A stretch of 64,000 nt of DNA, taken from positions 11,346,001 through 11,410,000 of the forward strand of contig JBHGNT010000003.1 in assembly GCA_043228905.1 (NCBI GenBank). Reading direction: 5' to 3'. This document shows, piece by piece, positions 11,706 to 24,800 of this stretch. The first letter of the stretch is position 1. Every line of letters begins with the position of its first letter. The notes below the pieces were generated by a model. The model made no database searches and was not told the DNA's origin. It saw only the letters and a program-made list of their open reading frames with translations. Source of the stretch: Azolla caroliniana (Eukaryota > Plantae > Polypodiophyta). The position numbers and the translations under genes are program-made.

Positions 11706-12385
11706 TGTCGTAGAGAAAACCGTCCCTAGGCGGAATCGGAGAATGATGTGCGCGAACCGGCCCTTACACACGGGCAAAAGTTTTGTTGTAATGTACATAT
11801 TCGGGTACAAGTCAGCCAATGTGAATATCCTAGGTCGCACGGATTTGATAGGTAGGAAAACGAGGCATATCTTTGTCCAAAAGGACAGAGAATAAAGATG
11901 ATATAACAAGCTGTAATGGCCTCGCTCCTTGGGCTATAAAAGAGAGGGAGAGGAATCGTAAAGGGGATCGCTTTTGTCGAGGACGACGTGCTGTCAAACT
12001 GGAACCAGAGCTCTTCTAATCCGCCTTTCTCTGTTTTTGCATTGTGCAGGTTTTCGAGAGGCTGGCTCTGCTCAGCGGAACGCCCGAGTGCTTCCGGCAC
12101 AGTCTCCATCTCGCTCTTTTGTGTGCGTGTGCGTAGGCGTAGGAGATCTATCGCTCACCGGGCTGCCGGTTGTAACCCCCTTTTTCATCAGAATATACAT
12201 ATACATATATGCATTCGTCTCGTTTCCGTTGTTTCGTTCGGTTGTGGTTTCTTTGTATCGGTGTGTGTGTGTGTGTGGAAGCATGGCCGTTATCTTTCTT
12301 GCTCCTACTCCTGATCGGTCATTCCTTGGTCAAAGACCCCCATGGTCCCGCCTCGTTCTATTCGCACGCGCGTAACAACGCGAAA
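11706..12385 (+). repeat. 5' LTR of D
   Basis: Repeat of 25850-26518, clearly more diverged than the B LTR pair. Confidence 0.92.
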
Positions 12386-12389
12386 AATT

Positions 12390-12407
12390 TGGTGAACCCG
12401 ACGTGAA
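12390..12407 (+). promoter_or_regulatory. Primer-binding site, tRNA-Trp
   Basis: TGGTGAACCCGACGTGAA. Confidence 0.9.
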
Positions 12408-12430
12408 CAAGCGGTAGAGGAATAGAAAAA

Positions 12431-13182
12431 ATGAGGGGAATGGAGCTTGCAGAAGCCATGGCTTCAACTGTAGATCGATTAGTGAGTGCGCATGAAGTCA
12501 CATGCGCCCTCGATAGGGCTATTGAAGCAATCGTCAGCACGATAGGCCGGTTCGGTGGAAAGGACACCACGAGCTACTTGGAGGCCTACCGAGCTGAAAT
12601 GGTGATGAGGGACATTCCGGAAGACAGGCGACTGGCCGAAGTCCCTCGAGTGGCGATGTCGGGCATCCATGCGGAGGTGCTCGAGGTACGGGCTGAGAGC
12701 CGGACCTGGGAAGAGTTTGATGGTCGGCTTCTTGAGAAATACGGGCTTCATGACGCACTTCGGCTATCGAAGCGGGGCTTCATGGAATGTGTGGAGACCC
12801 CGAAAAGGGGAGAAACGCGTCGGTTCTCCTTCGGGAGTTTGAAGAACGATTCGCACGTCTTTCGGCGCTAGACCAAACCATACTGGACACAAGTCATATC
12901 CTATTATTTGTTAAATCGGTGGACGTGAGGGACCGGGAGCAAGTGGGCCTCCTGCTGGAGACCGATGACGGGCTAACGGCCAACTGGGTGTGAGTGGGTC
13001 GATAAAGGCTCGTCGGGGGCGGGCACTGTTGCGGCAAGGATGTTCGAGGTACCCCCACCGGCGCGAAGGGAGGAGACCCGAGACTAGCTGGAGACCGGCT
13101 CGACTTCGACCAGTGTGGTCAAAGGCTCGTCCAAAGGAGCAGCTCTAGAGGAGCTGACTCAGATGGTGAGGGACCTCCAGAT
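12431..13182 (+). pseudogene. gag 5' part of D (frameshifted)
   Basis: GRFGGKDTTSYLEAY is homologous to GQFDARNVTKFLDAY in B. Confidence 0.8.
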
Positions 13183-13235
13183 TGTTAGACGGGAATACCC
13201 GCTTCGTAAGCGCAACGCTCGGCCACAACCGAGTC

Positions 13236-13513
13236 TAGGATCAAACACAGAAAACGGATACTGAACGCACGACAGAAAGGAGAGAAGAGTACACATGATG
13301 TTTAATGTGGAAAACCCTGAGAGGGAAAAACCACGGGAGTCCACGGACTCCAACTATCACTATATCACAATGATTAGGATCAAACACAGAAAACGGATAC
13401 TGAACGCACGATAGAAAGGAGAGAAGAGTACACATGATGTTTAATGTGGAAAACCCTGAGAGGGAAAAACCACAGGAGTCCACGGACTCCAACTATCACT
13501 ATATCACAATGAT
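13236..13513. repeat. 139-bp tandem duplication in the E LTR
   Basis: taggatcaaacacag starts at 13236 and 13375; the copies are nearly identical. Confidence 0.95.
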
Positions 13514-14135
13514 TACAACAGTGAGCTCACGGAGGCAACGACCTCGTGCTCACGATCTCTTCCTCTCTCTTCTAATCTTAATCTCTCTCTGCGTTGCGTT
13601 GCTCTAACGGCTCTCTCTGCCGTTGCGTTGTTGTCGCTGTCGTCGCCGTCGCCGTCACCGTCGTCATCGTCTGCAGCCGTTGTCTGCAGCCGCTGCAACT
13701 GTCGCCGTGTGCTCTCTCTCTCTCTCTCTCGCTTCCTCGTCTCTCTCTGCGGTTGCTGTCGCCAGCTAGTGTCGTCGTCGTCGCCGTCTGCCACCGTCTG
13801 CAGCCGTCTCCTACAGTTTGCAGTCGTCTGCCATCTGTTGCCGCCGTCTGCCGTCTGCTGCCGCCGTCGGCCGTCTACTGCCGTCGTCTGCCGTTTGCTA
13901 TCGTTGTCTACCGTCGTTTGACGACTGCCACCGTCACCGTCGCCGTCACGGGGTGTTTTCTTCTCCGTTCTCTCTTGATGTGGTGAAGTGCCTTTTTCTT
14001 GATGAGTTCGTGGGTGGGTTCTTTTGGTGTGCTCGTCGCGTGCTACAAAATGCCGATGTGATTGCGACACACACACAAACTCGGCTAAGTCTCGAACCCA
14101 TTTATTTTACCTTTTTTTTTCTTATTGACACCACA

Positions 14136-14948
14136 ATGACGTCTAGACGGACTAAGGAACATAAGGATATACAAGACGAGGCTATAAGTAAGGAGGACTT
14201 TTTAGATATGTTTAATCGTTTAACAAAAATAGAGATGGATATGAAAAAATGGGTGAAAGAAACCGAAACCCACAAGAAAAAAGATAGAGAGGAAAAAGAC
14301 GCCCTCAAGGCCGAAATAGAACAACTTAAAGTCGAAAACATCGACCTTAAAAAACAACTTAAGGACATCGAGGTATCTCGAGAAGACGGTGAAATATCCT
14401 CTATAGAGGATATAAAGGACGAAATTAAAAAAGTTAAAGAGGAAGTTAATAATAACATAGAGTTAGCTAAAACGGGTTGGGTAGATGTGGTTAAAAGAAA
14501 CATTAAAAAAGAAATAAAAGATGAGAATATTGTTAATACCACCCTTGAAGAAGAGAAAATGCGTCAGGCCCGACGCTTAAATGTACGTGTCACTGGGCTC
14601 AAGGAAGGTGCATCCCCAAATGAGGACGCACAAACACTTGGGAAAATGTTAGGGTACACCGAGGCCCTACCTATCACCAAAGCATGGAGGGCCGGGCGTG
14701 ACACAACTAGGAAGAGAGCCTTAGTCCTTCAATTTAAAGACTTAGACTCTAGAATCACTTTCTTTAAGAAGAGACCAATCCTTCGAGGAATGGATGGGGA
14801 CCCCATCTATCTCGACGAAGACCTCACTAAGATGCAAATTGAGCATCGCAAGAGTTGTATGCCACGAGTTATGCAAGCTCGTAAAGAAGGCCATCACGCC
14901 TTTTACCGAGACGGGCGAGTGATCATAAATGATTGCACTACTAAATGA
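14136..14948 (+). CDS. LINE ORF1 protein (coiled coil + RRM-like + CTD)
   Basis: Heptad-rich LKAEIEQLKVENIDLKKQL, RRLNVRVTGLKE, IYLDEDLT. ATG at 14136. Confidence 0.85.
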   Translation: MTSRRTKEHKDIQDEAISKEDFLDMFNRLTKIEMDMKKWVKETETHKKKDREEKDALKAEIEQLKVENIDLKKQLKDIEVSREDGEISSIEDIKDEIKKVKEEVNNNIELAKTGWVDVVKRNIKKEIKDENIVNTTLEEEKMRQARRLNVRVTGLKEGASPNEDAQTLGKMLGYTEALPITKAWRAGRDTTRKRALVLQFKDLDSRITFFKKRPILRGMDGDPIYLDEDLTKMQIEHRKSCMPRVMQARKEGHHAFYRDGRVIINDCTTK

Positions 14949-17900
14949 CGGCGTGTGGCCCATGTGACAGAAAATGCACTTAGGATGACCCTATGGAATT
15001 GTAATGGCGCACTTTGGGCACACCCCGGCCACCTAGAGGAGATACTAAAGGTATCTAATATACTTTTCTTGGTGGAAACACATCAGAGCCCAAATAGAGG
15101 ACTCCCACGGGTCGAAGGATTCCGTTGGGAGTCCGCTTTTAGACAAACCTCACGTTGACACACTACTAGGGGATCTGGGGGTGTCGCGATACTATTTCGT
15201 AGAGAGCTACATAATAGGATAGAAATAATGAAGATAGACCCAGAAGCTCATTTTATGTGGGTGAAAGTCTCCACAAGCAAAGACCATGCAGTATTTTTCG
15301 CCATTTGTTACTTTCCCCCAAAAGGATCCCGTTATAATATTAGTGGCTTGACGAGATTAGTCGATGAAGGAATGCCACATGGGCCTTCTCCATACGAACC
15401 CCTATCGGATGACATAATCCGATATTCTTCCCAAGGAGAAGTATTTCTTGTAGGAGACTTCAATGCGAGAACCCAATCCCGACAATGCATAGTATTTCAG
15501 ATGAATAGAAACCTAGAAATGGTAAATGTTGATCCTTTAGACATAGGCACCACACGTAGATCAAAGGATCAAGGTGCGGACGCCACGAGCTTTGGCCATC
15601 ATCTGCTCGAACTTGGTAGTCGGCACCAGATGGTCATATATAATGGTTTAGCTAAGTGGCTGGGCTCGGAAGAGCTCACATGTTTCCCACATGGAGGAGG
15701 GGAAAGCACATTTGACTATCTAATAGGCCGCCCTGAAGCTACCCACATGATTAACTCCTTCTGAGTGGCCCCATGCCCTATTGGCGCAGACCATAGTTTC
15801 TTATACTTCGAGCTAAAATGTGATATCTCTAAGGTCACCAAGTCTAGTCAACCATGCCATCACACCACAATACATTTCACACATGAGCTCTCTGACATAT
15901 ACTCTCAACATGTTCAGGCCCATCTCCCCTCCATTGATCCCTCCCTACCGTTAGAAAGCCTTAGTACAAAACTCACACACATCCTTCACTCCGCAGCAGC
16001 TAGTAGTTTCCCATATACAAAACACTCAAATCAAGGTAGACCAGGATCAATGCCACAAAATAAATGGTATGACGAGGATTGTAGGGACCTACATAGACAA
16101 CTTACAGTATCGCAACTCAATGGTAGTATTACCTCCATACAAGCTCGCAAAGAAATGCGTAAGATGACACGTCGTAAGAGACGAGCGTGGGAGGCATCCC
16201 AATACTGGGAACTCTACCATATGCTCATGAGTAGCGATTGTGCCACAGCATGGAAGAGACTACGGGAGCCAAGACCACAAACACCCATCGAAGATCCCAA
16301 AACTTGGCACACATATACAGAGAGACTTTACCAAATCCCAAACCAACCACCCTTCCCAATGCCTTCCACACCCCGGCCTACCATGGGGACACTTTTCACG
16401 ACCTCTAGGGTCATGAAGGTCATAAAGAAATTACAACATAGGAAGTCCATGGACCACACAGGATTGCGAGCAGAACACATTATATATGCGAGAGAGTGCC
16501 TAGCTCCCTTGCTAACTCTAATCTTCAATTGTGCCCTTGCGGAGGGTTTTCCACCACAGTGGACTATGAATACAGTGGCCCCCATACATAAAGGGGGGGA
16601 CCCCATGGACCCAAATACATATAGGACCATTATGATAGGCCATACCCTTGCTAAGTTATATGGTGCAGTAATGGAAGCAGAGCTTAGTGACTACATGGAG
16701 ACCCTAAACCTTCGTGCACCTGAACAAGCTGGCTTTAGACGAGCCTTCTCCACTATTGATCATATCTTCATACTTAGATGCCTAATTGACCAAACTAAGG
16801 CTCGCAAGAAGAAATTATATTGCTGTTTTGTGGACTTCCGCAAAGCCTTTGACACAGTCCCTAGAGAGCGGTTGTTTGATAGACTTAAAAGCTTGAGGAT
16901 ACCAGATGATATGGTATGGGCCATCTACGCACTATATGAACAAGTGTCCGGGTGTGTCCGATGCCCAGGTGGCCTATCCAATCGTTTCACTAGCACTATG
17001 GTTGTAAAACAAGGTTGCCCCCTATCACCAACGCTTTTTGGGATCTACATTGATGAGATCACAGATTTTATTGCTCGTGAGGGAGGCACCGGAGTGGTCC
17101 TTGGGGATACGCAGGTTCGTATCTTGCTCTATGCGGATGACATAGTTTTGCTCTCTGAATCTGAACACGACCTACAGAGGCACCTTAATGCCTTAGATGA
17201 CTTTTGTGTACAACGAGGTTTGGTAGTGAATCTAGGGAAAACGAAAGTCCTTATCTTCCACACATCGGCCCAAGTTAGAGCTAAGTGTCACCTAACTATC
17301 TCCCATAGCCCAGTCGAGGTGGTTGGATCGTACGTCTATCTCGGAGTCACTTTTAGTGCCCGCTCAGGTAAATTTTCGATGACACAGGCAGCGAAGGATA
17401 GACTCACGAGAGGACATGCATCCCTCTCACTCCTAGAGAGACAATGCCACCAAGCACACTTTCAAGAGCCACGGACTAAAGGGTGGCTCTTTGACTCATT
17501 AGTGACCCCCTCCCTCATGTATGCATCAGCGGTTTGGGCTCCAGGATTACCATCCTTCATGTGGATGCAATTAGAGAGACCATTGGTGATGATGCTATCA
17601 CGCCAACTCCGAAGCAAATCGACTGTACCACATAACATTATTAGGGCCGAGTTCACGTTACCCCTAATGCTAGTAGAGGCACTTTTTCAACTTGTAGTCT
17701 TCATTGATAGGATACATAGCCAACCACATGATAGAATATCTCATCAAGCCTTTAAGGCCTCTCGATCATTGTATGAGTCTGGCTATACTAGCTCATGGTA
17801 TGGCATGATGGTGAGTTGGCTTCTTGCGAATGGTCTAGACATTAATAACCTACCTCCCCTTAGGTACAACCACACGAGTGATAACACCTTAATCTCTCAT

Positions 17901-18686
17901 GAGAACCGCAATAAAGTAATACGCCAAGAAATATGGCAAATTTACACTCGGTGTAAATGGATCACCCCACTAGAGCCACTCCCATCTAAAATGTCGTACT
18001 ATAAGAAACACTTCATGCACTTCTCTGAGTTAGGTTTTATCACGCGGCCAAAATATCTAGATGTATTCTTACGACATGCACTAAGGGTTGCCATTGGACA
18101 ACTTCGAATATCATCTCACCAACTTGAGATTGAAAATGGCCGTACTAGTGGAGTCCCTAGGGAGGAAAGGATATGTAGGTTATGCCACATAGAGATAGAG
18201 GATGAGTACCACTTTACGTGCAAGTGTCCAACCTATGCCGAGATAAGGGCAAAATACCAAGACATACTTGGTTCGTCTCCCACCCTCCCCAAACTATTAG
18301 ATACTCTAGATATAAAGAAATTAGGCAAATACATTCTAGAGCTAAAACAACACAGAGAGAATAAATTACAAAATGTTGACAATAATGTTGCTAATGATCA
18401 CGAACATGTAACAAATGCAGTTTTTCAGGAACCTGAGGAGACAACGAATGCCAACACACTTGCACCACTCGGCCTTTCCATTGATGAGGCAGAAAACCAA
18501 AGAAGAACCAGACATCCTCGGGTGCCGGGTTTCAAAGCAACTCGACGTGATGTGGAAGCAATATTGAAAATAAGGGAACGTGAGCTACACCGCCTAGAAG
18601 CCATGGCGAGGGCACTCTCTACATTGGAACCCACATCAAGACCCTTTGACCCCCCACTTCTTTTCGAGAGGCTTGGGTGGAAATAA
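14949..18686 (+). pseudogene. LINE ORF2: AP endonuclease, RT and C-terminal CCHC, with two in-frame TGA stops (15156, 15762)
   Basis: LWNCNG, LVETH, GDFNA, ADH; KQGCPLSPTLF, YADD; ICRLC..EDEYHFTCKC. All segments are in one frame. Confidence 0.92.
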
Positions 18687-19103
18687 AATTAGGCTTAGTG
18701 TATAGTCACTTTCGAGTATACTACATATTGTACACTACTAGAACTCTTTTAGTTTAAGTTCTATTTTTTTACTTAATTTTATTTTAGTTATGATGACTGG
18801 ATAAATACTCTATTGTTGTAAACCAATTATCTGATGGGCCAAATTTGGCCTTAGAAGACGTTAATACATCTTTCTTTCTCTCTCTCTCTCTCTCTCTCTC
18901 TGTACACTGTTACGCGCTCTCTAATCTTGCGCCAACAAGAATGACAACGACCACCACTAAGTTTGCCCTAAGTCATATTTATACTAATACGACTATTCGG
19001 CTATTTACAAATATAGCCCCGATGGACTCTGAGGAAACATATTTACGAATATGTCCATTCATCCGGTGAGCACTTCTCACTGGGCCTTCACTATCCGGCT
19101 CTT

Positions 19104-19231
19104 GCCGGGTACTCCTCATCCGGTTCTCACCGGGTCTTCCGTAGCCGGGTACTCCTCATCCGGTTCTCACTGGGTCTTCCGTAGCCGGGTATTCCTCATC
19201 CGGTTCTCACCGGGTCTTCCGTTGCCGGGTA
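19104..19231. repeat. 39-bp tandem repeat (about 3.3 copies) in U3 of the E LTR
   Basis: gccgggtactcctcatccggttctcaccgggtcttccgt repeated. Confidence 0.9.
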
Positions 19232-19318
19232 CCCCTATCGGCCTCGGCCGAGTTTCTCATCAACATTGTTCTTTTCACTTCCCATCCAGAGGGACCTGTT
19301 TCCTAACAAACTCCCCAT

Positions 19319-21861
19319 TCACTCCAGCATGGGATGTCTTACTAGTCCGATCCGCTTGCGGCATGCATCCACCTTGTTGGGTATCAGTACTTTGGTTAGC
19401 ATATCTGACCCGTTCTCGGCCGTGTGGATCTTCGTCAGCGCGAACTCTTGGTCATCTACTCTTTCCCGGATCCAATGATACCTTTGCTGGATATGCTTCG
19501 TCCGGGAATGGTAGGCCGCATTCTTAGCACGGTGGATGGCACTTTGACTGTCGCAATAGAGCCGGTATTCATCTTGCCGGATACCGAGCTCTCCGATGAA
19601 GCCCTTCATCCATAGTATTTCCTTGCCGGCTTCCACAGCCGCCATGTACTCCGCTTCCGTTGTTGACAACGCAATCGTCTTCTGCAGCCTTGACTGCCAC
19701 GAAATAGCTCCCCCTGCATATGTCATTACATACCCGGATGTAGACCGGCTGGTATCCACATCAGCCGACATGTCCAAATTGGTAAAATCGTCAAGTTGAG
19801 GTTTACCGGAGCCAAATCGGAGACACATGTTCGAAGTGCCCTTCAAGTACCGGAGTATCCATTTGACCGTGTTCTAGTGCTCCTTGCCGGGATTGCTCAT
19901 AAACCGGCTCACCACTCCGACTGCGTATCCTATATCCGGTCGGGTACACACCATTGCGTACATTAAGCTCCCGACGGCAGAGGCATATGGAACCTTCATC
20001 ATATTAGCCTTCTCTGCTTTCGTCTTCGGGCTTTGCTGACCGGATAATCTGCAGTTTGTCGGGAGTGTCGATCCGACTAGTTTCGCTTCTAACATCTTGA
20101 ACCGCTGAAGCACCTTTGTCACGTACTTCTCCTGTGACAACCACAATTGCTTCGTTGTCCAGTTCCGGATGATATGCATCCCCAGCATCTGTCTTGCCAG
20201 ACCCAAGTCTTTCATTGCGAAGGTTCGCTTTAGAGCCTTCTTCAGCATCCGTATTCTGGCTTGGTCCCGTCTGACGATTAGCATGTCATCCACATACAGA
20301 AGGAGTATCAAGAGGTCGCCTCCTTCGAATTTCTTCACAAACACGCAGTGATCTGCCTACATCTTGTGGTACCCTTGATCGGTCATGAAGGAGTCGAACT
20401 TCCAGTACCATTGTCGGGGAGCCTGCTTCAGTCCGTACAGGCTCTTCTTCAACCGGCATACCAAGTGGTCCTTCCCTTTCTCCACGAATCCTTCCAGTTG
20501 TTGCATGTAGATCTCCTCTTCGAGGTCACCGTGAAGGAATGCCGTCTTCACGTCTAGCTGCTCTACCGCGAGGTCCATGCTTGCCGCTATACTCAGCACC
20601 GTCCGGATGGAGGTCATCTTTACTATCGGGGCAAATATCTCGTCGAAGTCCATGCCCTTCTTCTGCTGGAACCCCTTCACCACAATCCTGGCATTGTATC
20701 TCGGGGGGTTGCCGGCATCTCCCGGTTTCAACTTGTACACCCACTTATTTCGGAGTCTTGCTTTCCTTTCGGCAACTCCACCAATTCATACGTATGGTTC
20801 TCATGTAGGGAATCCATCTCATCCTACATGGCACTTAACCATTTGTGGTTGTGGGTGTCATCCTTCGCTTCTTCGAAGCTTTCCGGCTCTCCCTCATCGG
20901 TCAGCAACATATGCTCTGAATCCGGAAATCTTCGGGGGGCCCTTCTCTCTCTGAGAGGATATCTCCGTCTTTGGCCTTCGGCAACCGGCTCCACTATTTG
21001 ATCTTCATCCGAATCCGATTCAGGGTCTTGGCCGATTTTGGTTTTAGCTTCCTCTACTTCTTCTTCTGCCGGTTCGGTATCCTCACCATAACCGGCTGGT
21101 TCCTCAAGTGCTAACCGGTCTCTTGCCGGTTGGGACTGCTCATCGTAGAATTGATCCTTACCGGTCGACTCGGAGTTCATTATCTTCTTCTCCGACTCCC
21201 AGTCGGCGAGTGTCTTGTCCTCCATGAAGATAATATCTCGACTCCGGAATACCTTCTTGTCGACCAGGTCCCACACTTGGTAGCCGAACTCATCGTCGCC
21301 GTAACCGAGGAATATGCATGGCCAGGTCTTTGGATCCAACTTTCCTCTCCGGTCCTTAGCTACATGCACGTACGCGAGACACCCGAATACCTTCAGATGC
21401 CGGTAGGACACTTCCTTACCGGTCCAGACTCTCTGTGGCGTGTCTCCGTCCAAGGGTACTGAGGGTGATCTGTTTATCACATATGTTGCCGTTAATAGTG
21501 CCTCAGCCCAAAACTTCTTGGGCAGTTTTGCATGTGCCAGCATACTCCAGACCCTCTCCATTATGGTCCGGTTCATCCTCTTGGCCAGCCCATTTAGTTC
21601 TGGCGTCTTCGGCACGGTAAATTCGAGCCGGATTCCCTTCGAGTGACAGTACTCCTCGAACTACCCCCGGTATTCACCTCCGTTATCTACTCGAACCGCC
21701 TTCAGCTTCCGGCCGGTTTCTCTTTTCACTCTCGCGTAGAGCTCTTTGAAGACAGATAGCACATGATCCTTCATCTTCAATGGTGTGGCCCACAGCTTCT
21801 GGCTGTGGTCATCTATGAACGTCACAAAGTACTGCGATCCTGCATGTGACTTTGTGTCCAC
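19319..21861 (-). pseudogene. Copia E pol (integrase, RT, RNase H)
   Basis: YFVTFIDD, LDVKTAFLHG, LYVDDML, ALSTTEAEY; interrupted by stops and frameshifts. Confidence 0.92.
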
Positions 21862-24800
21862 TACTCGATGCTACATTGGGCTAGGGCCATTACGGAAACC
21901 CCTGTTCAGATCGGGGACGTCTAGGAGCCGGCGGTGGCATTGGTAGACCACGGTTCGGAGATCAACTTGATGTCCATCGACTTCTACAAGAAGGGAAAAT
22001 GGTTGATCAACACCAAGCACGGGTGGAAGATACAGGCAGCAACACGTGCCACAGAGGATCTACACGGAGCTTGCTCGAATGTACGAATGAAAATCGGCGA
22101 TATCGAGATCGATCAACAATTCTTTGTGCAGGAGACGTCCTCGCATCCGGTGATACTCAGAGAACCGTACATCACGGTGGCGCACATGGAGACTAAGGTG
22201 ATGGACAACGGTTTGGCATATACCCGAATCAAAAGCCAGGATGGGCGTCACTCTGTTCAGTTCCTGACGGTACGACCAAACCACGAGCGTAACTACGAGA
22301 CCCTCGGCGTCAAAAGCCGAGGGGATTTTTAGAGAGGGCTATCAAGGCATGGGGACGCGATAGTCTGGACACTCCAGAGAAACCCCACACATGTGCAGTA
22401 GGCAAAAGAACCTGTAACATAGATAGGAAGTTTTGGTTCTCCGACAGTGGAGGTTATACAATAGCTGGCGTCGTTGGCCGGGAGAAGAAGCGGGCAGAAG
22501 AGCGACTCAGGGCATGCAGAGTCCTCGCCCCCGAAGAGGATATCAACGGAGTCGTGGAGGCGGTCTCTCTTGACGACACCTTGGGGAAGTTATGGAAGAT
22601 GTTCGGAGAGGGCCTTAGTGAAGACCGGACGATTCTGGTATGTTCAGAAAAGATGTACGAAGTCACTACCGACTTCGGTAGAGGACTCAAGTCGGATCGG
22701 ACGGCCCAAGTGGATACGAAGTACAAGACTATGGACCGGAAGGAGAGGCCAGTCGCGACACCCTTGCCGGAGGGTAGTGAGTTACGGATGAAGGGGGTCG
22801 CGTCAGACCCAAGTTTACGAGATTGGGCTGGCATAGGACACCGATTCACTGACATAACGCTACGAGAGCTCAAGGTCGGTGGGGGTGGCTTTCTACTGCC
22901 GGCGGAGGAGGACCGGTTTTGGAGAATGCTCGGGAGGCACAGAAAGGCCTTCGCGTTCTCGCCGAAGGAGATCGGGTGCGTAGACGCGACGATTGTGGAA
23001 TCGATGATGATTTTCACGATACCACATGTACCGTGGAATCTCAAACCGATTCCAGGGCCCAGAACTCACATCCCGAAGCTCATGGAGTTGCTGAAATAGA
23101 AGGTGGATATGGGCATCCTCGAACCATCGAGTGCCCCGTATTCTAATCGGTGGTTTACCGTGCCCAAGAAGAACGGCACATTGCACTTCATTCAAGACCT
23201 GCAACCGGTCAACAAGGTGACCATTCGGAACGCAAGAATCGGACCGACCATACACGAGTTCGCGGAGGCCTTCGCCGGAAGGTCAATTTACTCGGTCGGT
23301 GATCTGTACTCGAGATACGATCTGTTCCAGCTAGCCATGGAGAGCAGGGACATTACGACGATGCGGACTCCTCTCGGCCTAGTACGGATGTGTACCCTTC
23401 CGCAAGGAGGGACGAACTCGGTAGCCCACATGGTGAACACAATGAACAAAGTGCTAAGGGATTGTATCCCGGACATCACCATGCCATTCTTAGAAAACAT
23501 CCCGATCAAAGGATGCTTGGTGGAGGATAAGGGCGAGACAATCGGACCGGACGGATGCCGGAAATTCATGGCAGACCACGTCGATGACTGCGAGAAGGTG
23601 CTGCAAAGACTAGAAAGCGCGAGACTCACCTTCTCCGGGGAAAAATCCGTCTTCGGGCAATCGGAGATCATGGTCGTCAGACCCCTATGCGGGCCATTCG
23701 GTCGGAAACCGTCGCCAACCAAGGTAGAGGTCATCTCCGCGATGAAGCGCGACTGCAATTCGGTCACGGAAGTCCGGAGATTCTTGGGAGCATGCGCGTT
23801 CTACCATATCTGGATCTCGCATTACGCCCACGTCGCGGAGCCGCTCTATGGATTGCTGAAGAAAGGGCATAAATTCGAGTGGAGAGAGGAGCATACGGAC
23901 TCGGTCTGGAAAATGAAAGAAGCACTTGCTGCGGCGCCGGCACTCCGGAAAGCGGTGTACGGTAAAGACATTTTGATTTACGTGACCGTAGACACGAGTC
24001 CGACCGGAATCGGATGGGTGACCAACCAGGAGGATGAGAATGGCACGAGGTTCCCCATCCGATTCGGCGCGAAAGTCATCAATGAACGACAGCGAGGGTA
24101 CGCCCAGGTTAAACGCGACCTCTGGGGTATCGTTTCGGCAAGGCCGACAAAGACTGCCTACCGATTCTCAGTATGGTTTCTGGGTGCGCGACGGCGGACC
24201 TAGAAATGCTCAGGTGAATAGCGTACATCAAGTCCCTGAATCCGGAAATACGACACATTTCCGGAAAGGACAACGCTATGGCCGACATGCTTTCGAGGGC
24301 GAGATTCGATGATGAAGACGGCATGATTTCAGAGGACGAAGAAGTTGGTGTGGACTTCTTCGAGACGGCTTACTTAACAACAAGGAAGGGGAGCACTCCG
24401 GCGCTTAACGAGTTCGAGGAGAGCAAGTACGACAGGGAGTGGCTCCAGATCAGCGGGTTCCTAAAGACAATGACACCAAACGTGGCGTGGACGAAGGAAG
24501 AAACCAACCGGATTCAGAAGAAAGCGTATCGATTCGTCCTACGGGATGGGTGCATATGGAAGCACCTGAAGAAGAGAAATGGCATCCCGCCCCGGGTTGT
24601 GGCGAAGAAAGAGGAACAGGTGGAACTACAGACGACGTACCACAAGAGTCCCTGGGTCGGACACCGCGGGACGTGGGCCACATTCGAGAAGCTGAAGGGG
24701 AAGTACTGGTGGTCGAGACTATACCGGGACGTGCATCGGTTCGTGACGGCTTGCGAAAGCTGTCAGATGCACTCCATAGTCCGACATCGGGATGAGCTCC

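Larger units (their letters stand above)
13592..18892 (+). mobile_element. Full-length non-LTR retrotransposon (APE-RT LINE, RTEX-like)
   Basis: GCCGTC-rich 5' UTR, ORF1, ORF2, (CT)n tail. TCTCTCTCTG at 13582-13591 and 18893-18902 is a candidate TSD. Confidence 0.9.
13183..21861 (-). mobile_element. Copia E: 5'-truncated, 3' LTR (13183-19308) split by a LINE
   Basis: TGTTAG...CTAACA termini, PPT complement aactcccc at 19309, INT-RT-RH order on the minus strand. Confidence 0.9.

Noticed and set aside
13513-14135. Long ORFs in the LINE 5' UTR and the N-terminal extension of ORF 13818
   Set aside because: GCC/GTC repeat DNA is naturally free of stops; the plausible ORF1 start is the ATG at 14136.
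18831-18865. Hammerhead ribozyme at the LINE 3' end (CTGATG + stem)
   Set aside because: The CUGANGA and GAAA core residues are not both present; treated as a plain stem-loop.
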